A stretch of 61,247 nucleotides of DNA, counting the filler, from Streblomastix strix (Eukaryota), in NCBI GenBank assembly GCA_008636045.1. It is 2 parts of 2 records of this genome, joined end to end, with 100 filler letters (N's around TTAATTAATTAA, not from the genome) between each part and the next. Parts side by side here need not be neighbours in the genome. Positions count along the whole stretch, not along the records: positions 1 to 30,680 come from SNRW01000091.1; positions 30,781 to 61,247 come from SNRW01000092.1. One strand, written 5' to 3'. The position numbers were made by a program, and so were the translations under genes. Under the pieces are notes generated by a model. That model ran no database searches and was not told where the DNA came from. It worked only from the letters and a program-made list of their open reading frames with translations. This document shows, piece by piece, positions 25,780 to 40,800 of this stretch (the first letter of the stretch is position 1; each line of letters opens with the position of its first letter).

Positions 25780-28158
25780 AAGTCTTTCATGCAAATGTCA
25801 TATCAATCTGTCAGTACAATGGTAAAGAACAGTATCGGTATATGATGATCAAATCTTTAGCTCCGCATTTCCTTATATGTGTAGTGTTTGCTATTTTCCA
25901 TCTCTCCTATTCAGCTTTGGATACTTTTTTCATTTCTTAATTATTTAATTCTTCAATCATTTCATATTTATCTTATAATCCTTTATTCATATCAATACTC
26001 TCTTTCTATTATTCTTATTCTTCTTTCTCGTTCTTCAATTCTTCTCCTTCTTCTTATAATGATTTCATACTCCTCATCAATTAAAGCTTCTTCTGTCTTT
26101 ATTCTTTTTCATATTTCTTTATTGTTTCAGAGAGTTGATACTTCATTTTTTTCACATGTGGACTCTCCTTCTTATTGAACCTACTGAATATATCTTTGTC
26201 TTGTTTATCATCGTTAGTGTTAATGAGATTGATCTGTGCTGTATCTCATTTAATATCTGATGCTTTATTTGAATTCTGTCTTTTTATTAACCTTTTGATT
26301 CTTTAAAACAGACTTTTTTAGTTTCTTTTTCTTTCACTTTCTCTTTTGCTTTATTCTTTTTATCTGTGAAGTCCATCTATTTATCAGATGTATGTCGATC
26401 ACACTTTCTCAACTTGTATTCACTTTGGGTTCAGCATAACTGATGACTCCTGTTCTTCTTGATGATATGATGTTTGTTTCTGAGTTTATTGTATTTGTGT
26501 TTGTGATGGTAGCTTTATTTGTTTTCATTGTTTAATTAGAAATTTTTTTGTTCAATTCGTTTATATTGGATGAATCTGATAGATTTGGATGTTTTAATTG
26601 AGAAATAGAAGAAGAAGATGAAAGTACAATTGGAAGAGAATTATTAGGAGATAATGATTATTATTATTATTATTATTGTAATTGTTCTTTATTGAGCAAT
26701 ATTATAGATGCAATTTCTTTTTCATCTAACATTTGAGAAGATTAAGTTGATTATTATATAATTTAATATCATTCTTATTGAATGTTACATCAGCCTTTTT
26801 TACATCACATACATATTTATTATAATAATAATATTAATAATCTTCTTCTTTATAAACACTATCCCCATTATAATCAAATAGACAAACAAATAGTCCACAA
26901 TCTTCAAGTAGATTAATTTCTGGTCCATAAGCATATTCAAAAGCTAAACCCAAAGTAGGTCCGAGAATTGTTCTTAATACTTATAATCGATAGTCGCAAA
27001 ATTCATAAAGATCATTGAATTTGCAAAATAAAGAAATTATATTCATGCTTATTAAGAAGAATTCTGTGTACTTATTCGATTATGAATTCAAACGACTGTG
27101 GGTAATAAACATTTTATGGCTCTTTTTTACTAATATCAATCAATTCATTGCATAATTTGTATGGGTTTCTTTCAATTCCAGCAAATAACGCTGGATTTCG
27201 CCTAAGTCCTTCTATTGTAAATAATTACAAAATAATATTTTGATTTCAATACTAATTCATACCTCCTACCATCACTGCATTAGCTTTTGTTAAGTCAAGA
27301 ATATGATCAGCTTATTCCAGAGATATAATTCCACCATTTACTATGAAAGGAACAGTTATTTATTCTCTTATTAATTAGAAAATTATTAATCATAAAAATA
27401 ATAATTATTATACATATAAAAAATACCTTGTGATTTTTATTGCTTCATAATCAACATCCCCAGAATGAGATCCGTGTTATTTTTTCGTTCAACCATGCAT
27501 TGTAATTACTTATGCACCTGCTTCCTGTAACATCTGCGCCATTCCAACAGTTTTATCAATTGTTGCCTACATTCTAAATTTAGCACTTACGCAAACATTT
27601 AACTCACGATTCATTGTAGAAACTGAATTAAAAAATGGATATTAGAAACGAAATAATAATTTAAGAATATTTAGACTTGCATTAATAGATTATTATTTAT
27701 AACCAATTTCACGCATCAAATCCCATTCATCTTATAAATATGCACCATAATGGCATTTCTCTGCGAATGCCTGCGGACATCCAAAATTAATATCCACTGA
27801 ATCTCACAGATGTTAGACTTATTTGGCTGCTTGTGCCATTATTTATGCATTATCTCCACAGAATTATACAAATATTGGTCTGTCATCAGAATCAGTTGTT
27901 AATATCTTCTCTCGATAATCAGAATCTTCCAGAAAAAGAGAAGCAATTATCCTAATAAAATATGAAAAACTATAACAAAAATTTAGTAGAATTTGCATAC
28001 ATTGGTGAATAACATAAATCAACTGAATATTTACGAAACAACTTACGACATGCAAGTGTTGAAGCTCCAATCATCGGAGCAGAGACATATTTCGGACTTC
28101 CAATCCGCTTCCAGAAATCCCAGCAATCTTCTTTGCCCTTCTTTTCGGTTGAAGACAT
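25780..28158 (-). pseudogene. DUS1: tRNA-dihydrouridine synthase 1-like gene with introns, two in-frame TGA and a low-complexity C-terminal extension
   Basis: FWKRIGSPKYVSAPMIGAS...DRPIFVQFCG...[26 protein letters not shown]...VSAKFR...ITMHG*TK. GT-AG introns at 27952-28000, 27623-27703 and further downstream. 3' end approximate. Confidence 0.85.
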
Positions 28159-28948
28159 TTTCAATCTATATTTTAAAATATATTAATATAATTAAGTTAA
28201 TAATAATAAATTATTAAAATAAAAAAATAGAATTGTTTTGATTTAAGTAATTTTATAAAAATAAAAAAATAAATAAGGATAAAAATAATATCAGCTCAAC
28301 AAAATTGGATATTTAATGATATTATAATATAAGATTATAATATTTATCAAATATTGTTAAAAATTCAGATTGTACTAAATCAAATCTACCAAAAAAACCA
28401 TTTGCAAACTTTTATATTGATTAATGACAAAATTACAAATAAGCTAAATTAAATTCAATAATAATTACTTCTAAACACTATTTGATATAAATTAACTCAG
28501 ATAATCATTATGCCTGCAAGAGGAACATAAGTTTTTCAGTAAAATATTTTCTCGAAGTCCTCACTTGCATATTCGAATATGTTACAGTTTTTGATTAATA
28601 TATTATTTTAGAATCTAAATTTCAATACTTCCAGTAATATTATGCCACCATAAAAATTTTGCAAATTTTTTTAATTAAAATCCGATTTCTTATTTTGTAA
28701 TTTTGTATTTAATATTTGAACTCTATTAAATTCAATAAATATATATTTTACACGTTTTTCTGTGAATTTGAGCATATTTATTTTGATGGTTTTTATCAAA
28801 ACCAAAATTTTACTCTTTTATAAGAAATCGTTTTAAATAATTATTTATTTATATATAATTTTTGTTATTTATATGTTTTTATTTTATATATCTCTTTAAA
28901 TTTAACTTATATGAATAGCATACAGCTGTATCTATTAGTGCGACAGAG

Positions 28949-30680
<1,732 letters not shown>

Positions 30681-30780
30681 NNNNNNNNNNNNNNNNNNNN
30701 NNNNNNNNNNNNNNNNNNNNNNNNTTAATTAATTAANNNNNNNNNNNNNNNNNNNNNNNNNNNNNNNNNNNNNNNNNNNN
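30681..30780. other. Assembly gap / artificial contig linker
   Basis: N44-TTAATTAATTAA-N44, exactly 100 nt; the core is a six-frame stop spacer. Confidence 0.95.
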
Positions 30781-32282
30781 TCAGAAATATAAGAATAATA
30801 ATAATAATAACAATAATAATAATAATAATAATAAATAATGAAATATGCACAGAAGAAGATAAAGATTTAGATCTGGTTTGATTGGAGTAAAGAAAAAGAA
30901 ATTATTAGGAACGAGGAAATGAAAAATAGCAAAGATATATAAAAGTTAAATAAAACGCAAGAATTTGATGAAAATAAATAAAGAAAGAAGATTATTAAAG
31001 AAAAATTAGGTGAAAAACTGCAAAATATAAAAATTGATAAATTCAAAGCCGACTTATATGTTAGAGAAAGAATATCCTATGCTGCGTAAATAAACAGATA
31101 TATAATGAAATACTTCAAAGTCAAACGAAATAATTCAGATAATGCCGAACCATAATAAATATAAACCTAAGATTCACTATCAAATGCTAACCTTCTTCAA
31201 TTACTAATAACATCAGTCTTATCACCATATTCAAATATTCACCAAACAGCACTGTGCACTCTTTTATCTCTTATTCCATCACCTTCATCATATATGTCAT
31301 TATCTAAATCCTAAATATAAACATCATCTTCATATTCATAATCGCAAACATTCTCAACATATTCTTCATCATCATTCAATGCTCGCAATCTGCTTTGTGT
31401 TATACTTGAAGAAATAATAAGTTCTAATTTATTGGCCTTGATTCGAATGATTCTGATCAATTCATAATATGCAAATGATGAATTAGAATCTGAATATGAA
31501 ATTGAGAAAGATATAATTGAAAGAGAAAAAGATGCCCAACTATGCATGGAAGTGATAAAGAAGATTTTTGATATTATGGAATACATTGGAGAAGGATTTA
31601 TTGATAATAGTTTGAACTAGAATTTGAATTCCAAATTGAAATAATAACTGATTTAAAAAACTGGAAATCAGTTTTCTACATTCTCATAATCAACATCAAA
31701 ACCATTTTCAACATCTTCAACATCTTCAACATCTAATATCATAACAACATCTGATTCAGGAAACACTCCCCATTTAAATGCATAATCAATTCCATCGAAA
31801 CCGCATCTTACAATGAATGAGTATTGCACTTCGCTTTTTGACCGACTTCTGACCTAACTTCGCCCAACTCCATTATTCATCCATATTATTTCTCAATATT
31901 CAACACAATCGAACTGTGCAATCCTTTGTTCTCTGATAAACAGGTCATCAACAGAGACTCTTAGAGTTCTTATATAGACTGTTGTCCCATATGCACTATT
32001 AGGAGCTATTAATGCATAGAAGAGAGAAATTGTTGTTTACTCGCTGATCCGAATGATGGAAAATGTGAAAAAGAAATAAAAATTAATTTGGGTTGATGAA
32101 GCTCACAAAAAATTACTAAAACTATCATCTGATTCATCTGTATGCTAGAAATTATAAACATTTTATAGATTATTTAAAATTAAAAAATTTCTTTTTTTTT
32201 GTTTTATATATAATAATAGTGCACTCAAATGATATTTTCATATTTTGATACAGAATTTTCAAGAAGAAAAAACAGTCAGTGA
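30781..32282 (+). CDS. 3' part of a hypothetical host gene (polyQ, S/T-rich and helical regions)
   Basis: Uninterrupted frame from 30781 for >450 codons with TAR=Gln; probable GTATGC...ATAG intron at 32140-32219. Confidence 0.65.
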
Positions 32283-32899
32283 TTATTTTAAAACACATCA
32301 TAAATTTTAATTTATATCTGACTATATTATTTTATCTCTTGATCATGAAAGTATTCGTATCAAAGTCATAAATTTGTTTTTTTTTCACCTTCAAAGATTG
32401 AAGACCGATATTCCCTTTAAAGAGGGGAGTTAGTGATATTATTTATTTTAAATAATTATTACATACCCAATTTTCCTTTTTTTTTAAATCAATAAATCAA
32501 TTAAAAAGTGATCTTATTATTTTTAAAAAAAATTTGAACTTATTATTTGTCATTATACATGATATTATAATATAAAATTAATAACATTAACAACTATAAA
32601 CATAAACTAAAATGAATAATTTGTTTTATCAAAACGAAAAAAGAATGTTAAATAACTAATAATAAATATTATATTTGAATTACATTATAATACACTTTCA
32701 AATTATGAAATAAAAATGATGTTGATTCGAATTAACAAAATAAGAATAAAAAAAGAATAACAAAAAATGATTTAAATCACAAAAATGAAGATAACACTCT
32801 ACCACAAAAGTTATTTAAACATTATGAAATAGAAAATATTATCTTCTTAGTGAATTAATTAAAAATTAATACAATGATCGCATAAGAGAAATAAAAACA

Positions 32900-33470
32900 A
32901 AAACAAAAGAATTATAATATTATTGGAGGTACAAAACATATAGCATTTCATCAAACACTGAAAATCTGAAAATTAAAACGAATAAAAATCCTAATACAAA
33001 TTTACATTTTCCAATTCATAAGTTTGTATTGAATTATAAAGCCAACCACGAGTTTCGGTAAGACATATCCCGTGCAAACTTCAGCGCGACTATAAATGTG
33101 CAGACTGGTGCAATTCCAAGATTGTTGATATCAATGGTATTATCTTTCTTCTATCAGTATTTGAAAAGAAGCGTTTCCAGTAATTGCATGGCCAATATTA
33201 TCTCGTTAGGAGCGCATCGGCCATGATGACGAATAAATGTAATGAAAGCCCTCGCTATACTTGTTGAAACAAAATTTATCGAACCTTCAATACCATCATG
33301 GACAGTTTTTGCCAAAAAAATTTATAAAGCGATGATTTGTTCGTCTGCGGGAAGCCAATTAATATTAAATAGTACCTAAAATAAAGAAGCTTATGAATGT
33401 GTAGTATTAAAATCGCTATAATATAGAATAGTTGACTTGTTGATGGAATTCAATTGTCGGCTTTAATTCT
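32900..33470 (-). pseudogene. PHO80/cyclin-U-like cyclin-fold protein, disrupted
   Basis: EIILAMQLLETLL...NNLGIAPVCTFIVALKFARDMSYRNSWLA resembles the P-type cyclin box (vA.Kf..D..y.N..wA). In-frame TGAs present. Confidence 0.5.
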
Positions 33471-34399
33471 ATCTTAAGTCTTTTTGTTACTTTAATCTAA
33501 TTACGAAATAAATTTAATTTTGAAATAAGCAATAACAGTGAATTTTATCTAATTAAAATTAATTTGTTTAATAAAATATATTATAGAAGCAAAAATCTTG
33601 AAATTATGATTTAAATTTGGCCTTTGCGCATCTCCTTTCTAACCTTAAAAAATGTTTCAAATCGATTACTTGATCTTTTCATAATTTATTTTTTTTTAAC
33701 CTTATTAAATAATTCAAATATTCTTAAAAACCCGGTAAATCTTAATTTATTTTAAAATTTGGTTTATTTTAGAAAATTGTCTACATTTTGGACCTCGTTT
33801 TCTCTTTTATTATTATGAGACATTGCAACTTGGACAGTTGCCCCTGGAATCTCTACTGGACTATGGGATCGGCCATAAAAAATAAATTCGAGAAACGATT
33901 TACGTTCTGGTATAATTGTGAAAAGTTAAAAGTTTAAAGTTAAAAATAATTACGAAAGGGTTATTATCAACAAAATCGGCTGGGCAATAACATGAAAACA
34001 AAAGCTCAATGAAAACCCTATCCTCATAGTTTCATCTTGTTGGATTAATGATAGATATGCGTAAAAGTTAAAATAAAAATAAAATTTTTGATAAAATTCA
34101 AATATATAAAGTTTTCAGTAGAAGTCATTCAGCAAGTTGGTTCCTGTACTACTTCTTCTTTTGAACAACAATCATTTACATTAATTCTTTACATCCAGAT
34201 ATAGGGGATCGTTGACTATTTTCGAATGTTTTGGCTTCAGCTTTGATTAACTCAAAGGGGAATCATGAGAAGAATTATGGAGTGAATTTGAAAGATTTTA
34301 ATGTTCTCTGGTTAGACTTGATCATGCAATTCTATTGCATCAACTAAATTAATGTTTGTTTTATACTTTAAATAATCCCCAGCTTTCATAGGAATGTCT

Positions 34400-35600
34400 T
34401 AAAATGGATTGTTGGTTATGCTAATAGTACTCGCTTGGACTATTAGTTCTGACGATGGGTTCGGTAAAATTATAGGATGAGATAGAGGAGGAAATGAAGT
34501 CCCAAATGATAGTAACAAATTATCTCACCTTATCCGTGAAAATTTGTGAATATCATCATTTTGAGCTTCATTCCCCCATTTTTCTTACGAAACATTCACT
34601 AATACAGGATTCTAATTTTATTGATCGTGACTAACTTAACTAGCCTAGCATCAATATCTTTCACCTTTCTATTAACTGTAAAAATGTAATAATTGCCTGT
34701 TGACTTTGAGTCTAGTACGTGGTTTGTAAACATAATCAAGTCTCTTTCTTATATTCCTATTGCGGCAAACTTAGTAACAGATGTATGATTTATCTAATAT
34801 GCACTGAAGCCCATTATTCCGAACTATTTGATAAGAAGGGTTAAAATTTCAGATATTTTTGAAATTGACATTTAGTTTCCATTATTCGGTCAAGAATATT
34901 GAAGAAAGAGTTATTATCTCTTAATAATAATGTTCTTATAATCGTTCAAACGACGTAATGAGAGTATCATTGGGCCAATGGTTCAGTATTCCTATTCTTC
35001 TTGCTTCATGTTGTTCTAATGTATTAGTTTTCTTGGGTAAAAGTGTAAAAAAAAGCAGTGTGGTTTCCAAAATTGAAGTTTTATTAGCTTAGCTCTACTT
35101 CACGATTCTCGGTTATTTTTAAAAATTCAAACAGATAAAAGTTATGATCCAAACTAGATCTAAAAATCTTGATTTGAGAATATTTCATCTCCTGGTTATA
35201 TAGCCCAATGATCAAATAGAATATTAGAATACCAAAAATGTGAATATTTCCTAACTAATTCGTTGCAATTTGAGAATTATCTATATCTAAATGTTTATAC
35301 AATGTCATGCATTGATTCTTGTCAAAATATAAGTTTTTGCATTGTTTTATGCATTTTTACTTATTAAATACAGATTTTGGAGTTCTGTGCAGGATTGTAA
35401 ACCATGGTATTATTCCTGGTATTATTAATCATGATTTCATTCTTAAAACGTCTTAAATTGAGAATTTTTTGGACTTGATCCAGTCACCTAAGGTTGGCAT
35501 TGTGTGGTAGTATTTTCATATTGATTGAAACTTTTATTCTCCTATTAGTAGTGCTTACGTTTGTCTTGATAATGTTACATCATCTAGGAACTTTGTTTAT
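34400..35600 (-). pseudogene. DIRS tyrosine recombinase (copy B)
   Basis: LFDHWA...FSAYQINHTSVTKFAAIG...MFTNHVLDSKSTGNYYIF. Confidence 0.75.
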
Positions 35601-35619
35601 AGTCCGTGCACTCGATCCA

Positions 35620-37800
35620 ATACGCAATCATGAAGAAGGCTACTAACTTACCTGGTGGGAGATGGAGACGTTTCACTATTACACTCGGATCCAGAGTCAG
35701 GATTCGATTCGATGATCCAAGGATAATCTATGTTTGATTTTTTTATAGAAGTGTTGTGAACAAGTGTTAGCCTGACCATCAGGGTACGACAACAATCGCT
35801 GTAACTTATTACAGTTTAAGTGCCACTAAAATCTAAGATATGATTGGGATAAATGGGTGGATCCATAGGATGCCGTTCTCCCATAAATGGTTAAATGCCC
35901 CAATCCACTGCGCAGTACGATCAATCAAATCGGTTGTTACATTGTGAGTAAATATCGCATTATATTTGATAACAAAAAAGTCCGGAGTTGGTTATATTTA
36001 TCACCAAAGAAATAGAATTTATGTTAACAGTGACTCTATTTTGTAATCGCCCGAGCTATCCAACCTGCGCAGAGAGTCGGCAATGCAAAATATCATTCCT
36101 GGAACGTGCATTGTCAATACTTATAGAAAGAGCTGGCAGAAAATCCCGGATTGTCCCGGATTTCCCGAGATTTCAAAAATCTTCGTTACGGATATTCCTG
36201 GGTGTTATAGATATAATTCTATTTATTCTATTAAAAAATCAATTTTTTTAAGAATATTAATAAGTAAAAAAAAATTTTTCATAAAAAATTTTTTTTTTCA
36301 AATTTAATAATTTTTTATAAAATTATTTTAGTAATATTTTTTATTTAATATATCATCATATCTTAGGTTAAAATGTCACCCGGGATTGCTTCGGCCTTTC
36401 TATAAAATCCACCCGGTATCAGCCATTTTTTAGTCTCGCTTTGTCCTGCACAACTTATAGATACGAATATTGAATTATGTTTTTTAGATTTCTAAGTCCA
36501 GACACTGATTGTGAAGCTACTTTCAGTCTTCTAAGATTGGAAACTATCGAAGAGTTATCCGATCTTGTCAGGATCGCCATCTTTTCCAATTGTCCGAAAT
36601 GTGTCTCGAGAAACTGTTTCCCTCAAGAAATGGCCCTCAATTTCCTTCGATTTCTATTCCAAAGCACTTCTTTCTTCCTCCAAAGATTCGTAAGGTACAA
36701 GATCTTCTTCAATTCTCAACTCCAGAGTTGCTCATCAGCTCTGGTGACAGCATCCGTAACAAGAGACTCCTGAGGAACATTTTAAATCAGAAACAGTCTT
36801 TTGTTTCCTTGAAACTGAATAATTCCACAATAAATTTCTGGTAAAGCCTAAAATTAGGTCATCGTCATACCATACCATCGTTCCTCCTTCGCAGTTTGCA
36901 TTTATGCTCAATTTAAGTTCATCAGATTAAATGAAGACCCCAGGACTGTATTCAAATAAAGTTTAAAGTTCCAGTTATCGCTGACAGATATTTGATTCTT
37001 GTCAACCGATTTCTCAAAATTATTTTAATTATTCGCTTGAATAAGTTCAAAATTGTTGCTCTTCGATCCACTGGCATGTATAGTTCCTTTGTTGCTGTGT
37101 TCAAAGTCTTGTGAAGGAAAAATATCATTGATATCGGTTCAAATTTCTTTTTCTTGATTGAATTTACTAGGCCAAATTATTCAAATATCTCAATCACAAT
37201 GTTAATTGTTCCAATATTTATTCGATCATAATGTAACATGAGTATATCGTCCGAGTAATTAATTATTCGCAAGTCAAATCAATTTCTAATTTCTAAAAGA
37301 ATCCTATTCATTGCTTATATAAAGAAGATTGGGGTGTGTTAGATTCAAAACGGCATTCCACTATATCGAAAACACACTCTCTATATCTCAATTGCTAGGA
37401 ATAGTTTATGTGGTTCGTAGACTATCAAATGATGGAATGCTGATTTATGATCTAATTTATTCTAACAGTCAACAAGTTGTTTTATTTTTTTGACATCTTA
37501 TACTCCTTGCATCTGGAAGTGTTGTGGAAGAATCTCATCGTTCAAATGAGTTGTATACAAAATTTTTCTCCAACCTTAATTCGGTTTCGGTATTATGAAA
37601 GTAGTGTTCCTACATTTCACTTGCTCCCGTTAAATTTTTTCAATTATCCCTTCAACTAGTTCTGTTTGGAGTATTTACTTATAATTTTCAGTTGTTTTAA
37701 GTGTAACCTTAAACGGATAATGTCTAAAAGACATACCTTTAAGTTTTTCGCTAATGGTATCCTTAAAGATCAAGAAGAAACTGTCATTATGAATCCCTGT
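35620..37800 (-). pseudogene. DIRS pol: RT, RNase H and methyltransferase-like domain (copy B)
   Basis: GWRKIL...HFQMQG...SAFHHL...IINYSDDILMLH (~37250); LVTDA, TRSDNSS, HVPG..ADSL; WIHPFIPII...LPPGKL. Confidence 0.85.
36128..36452. mobile_element. 325-bp non-autonomous insertion (MITE-like) with a 9-bp target-site duplication
   Basis: ACTTATAGA at 36119-36127 and 36453-36461. Removing the insert plus one copy restores RNase H ...IQYSYLQVLTMHVPG. GC-richer CCCGG-containing ends around an AT-rich core. Confidence 0.8.
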
Positions 37801-40800
37801 ATCTGGATCAGACTGCCTGATTCTGTTACGCATGCTCTCTTGCCTTCCATTCCTGTGGATGAGAGCGTTAATTCTCTTGTTTCTATAATATTCAGTTGAG
37901 AATAATGCAGATGCGCTCTCTCCAGAAGTAACTTCTGAAACCAGAAAAGTGCGAACCAGCCTATCTTACTGCTTGAGAAGTCAGGTGCCGTCTTGTTGTA
38001 CGCCATGCAATGGGATTTTTGGGCTGCGATCATCTCTTTACTGAGAGTCCCATCCGTTCCAGCAAGCGAACCTTATAAAGAAGAACTCAGGGAATCTACA
38101 TTTTCCAAGGTTTATTTACTTTAAAAATGTGTTTTCTGCTAATATAAAGATTTAATCATGTATGCCGTCATGCTGCTAGTCACTTAAATAGTACAAAGGG
38201 TGTATATCAATATTCATAACATAAGTTCCTGTTAATATATGGACTACTTTCATCACTTTGTAAATAGAAAGCTCTTTTTATGATCTTTTATTCCCTATAT
38301 TTATAGTCTTACTAATTGTACAAGCTTTGTTAGATCTGCTCAGACACTCTTCCGATTCTATCTTCTTAATAATAATTAGATCCGTAGAGTTTATTATCTT
38401 TGTGTTGAGTTTCAAACATCTATTTATCGAGAGACTGATGTTTCAAACTTGATGAATCTTCATTCACTTAACTCGTTCCATTCGCATTCAAAGAGATTGG
38501 GAGTTAGTAGCGTAAAATACCCAGCGAAAACTGTTTTAGACTCAGCGCACGTTGGTTTGACATTCCACCGTCAACAACTTATCCTATGCATATCGACTTA
38601 GATGTCAATAACTTTCCTCCTCGTTGTGTTGGGTGTGAATCAAGATTGTCCTGAAGATTTATTTGTTTATTTTGGATTGATTCCCTTACTTTTTTAACTT
38701 TTATACATAAAAGAGTTATCTTCCCTCTTCTTAAAGCTCTTAATGAATCTTCTTCATTATTTACTGTGTCTTTGTCTCTCTACCTTGTTTATGGCACTAG
38801 TTTCAAGATTTATTTAGCTTCGTATTTCCAGTTCCACTTGTTTCTTGCTTTCCATTTGCCATTACGTGGTAAATTGTTATTCTAATCGGATTTCTATCAA
38901 AGCCTCTTTATTTCTTTCTCTTTTTATCTACCTATCAATTTTCTCAAATTCACATTCCATATTATCATAATGATTATTTTCAGTGAATTATTCATATTCT
39001 ATCTAATTTAGTTACCTTTTTCTTTTAATTTGAAATTTCTGTTAGTCCAAATCTTTCTCTTCGTGAAGGCGTGATTATGTAATTCTTATGTTTCAATTTA
39101 AGTCTTCATTTACATGTCCTACAGGTTATCATGTTATATCTGGAAGTTTGTTCTAGTAATAAATTTAATTTTAAATATATGGAAATTTCATCTCTAAATT
39201 AGATAGTTAGTTGCTATTAGCATTTGAAAGAGTTGATAGACCTAGCTCAGTTTAAATTTTGGGTCTTATTTCATCAAGCCTTCGAAGTTTATTGTCAATG
39301 GAGAAATTGTAGAATTTATCAACATTACTTTTTGCATTTTATTCTACAAATTATGTTATGGTAATAATTCGTCTAATTCCAAAATAAATGCATTTTCGAA
39401 TTCATCAGAGAGACGTGGACTCCTAAGATTCATCAATTTAACTTTATTCGCGGATTTGAATCAATATAATTCTTTCCTAATTTCCATAAGAGGATATATC
39501 TCTCTTTATTTAGAATCTTTAAATGATTCTCTTCTTCTAATTTCTGTTTTCTTTGCTTATTTTACGTTTTCAGGAAATAAACTTCCTTTTTCGTTTCAGT
39601 CATTTATTCATCAACCGTGTTTACATGGAATTGTCGAGGTTTCTATTAGTCCGATTGAGCTGTATAATCAGAGATTCTGTTAGTAAGAGCTTGAGCTCTA
39701 AATGGATCTAATTATTTTGGATCTCAAATTTTCCAAATATCTTTATTTTAAGATCTTTTTCTCTTCTCTTTTCAGAGACTTTGTCTAGAAATTTGGTTCT
39801 CCTCTTGATTAAGAGCTCATCTCTCTCTTTAAACTGCCTCACTTCTCTGTTGATGATTGATAATCTTAACTATTTTAGTTTCGTTTGCTCCTTATTGATC
39901 GAAATAAGAATATATATGAATTAGCCAAGTTTTTATATGCTAGATATTGGTTAGTATTTGTAATCCTAAACGTTATTGAGATAAATCTGTCATTATCATT
40001 AGTACCTTTTGTGTCTTCCTTTTGAAGAGTTTTTAACAATATTCTTTCCAGAAGAGTCCATATTAATGTATGTAGAACTTATGCCCATTGTTGTGAGCCT
40101 CAACAAATGGTAGGATGTTGATATTACCTTCTGCGTAACATATTTGAGAAAGATCAGAGTGTTTTAATTTCAAATCAATTAGATCTTGTCCATTTTCCAA
40201 CCAGATATTTAAATATTATTGTAAGATAACTTTATTCATTCTCTCTTCTAGACGTAAGAAAAGACTCTTTAGTATCTCTATAAAGATAGGTAAGATATTT
40301 GATTGCGATCTTTTCCAATTTATGTCCCTTGTATCCGAACTGTGAGTAGATCTATGTTTTTCCTCAAGTCTACCACGCAAGATTGTTAGTTATAATAATT
40401 ATATAAATGCTTTATATTCTCATTATTTTAAAAAGTAATACTGTTAAAAATTCCTGTTCCTAGGTAGGCTGTAAATTAAGTGGTTGCAGTTGGTAAACAT
40501 AAGGTAACTATTGTGGCTGAAGCTCTGAGTTACTCTCTGATGCTGAGAATTATTTTCGTTTTAATTTATCTAACTGTCAATACAAATATAGCTTTAATTA
40601 TTCAAGTTAAAGTTTTTTTCCATGTGCTGGCTATTGAAACTGTTATTATTATTATTAAGTGTATATTGCTGGGACAGTCTAACTTTAATAATTGATATGT
40701 GTGAAAGGGGTCAATCCCTAGATATATTACTGTTATGGTATGATTTTATTATAATTTTGTGCTTCAGAAGTCTAAACTATTGGTTGTTAGACGTTAAACT

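Noticed and set aside
27804..27806. Selenocysteine at the DUS1 TGA aligned to Cys
   Set aside because: It is not the catalytic Cys (GCP is intact), a second TGA replaces Arg, and no SECIS element was recognised.
30725..30736. TTAATTAATTAA palindrome inside the N run
   Set aside because: Artificial six-frame-stop contig linker. No linkage between the two halves of the window should be inferred.
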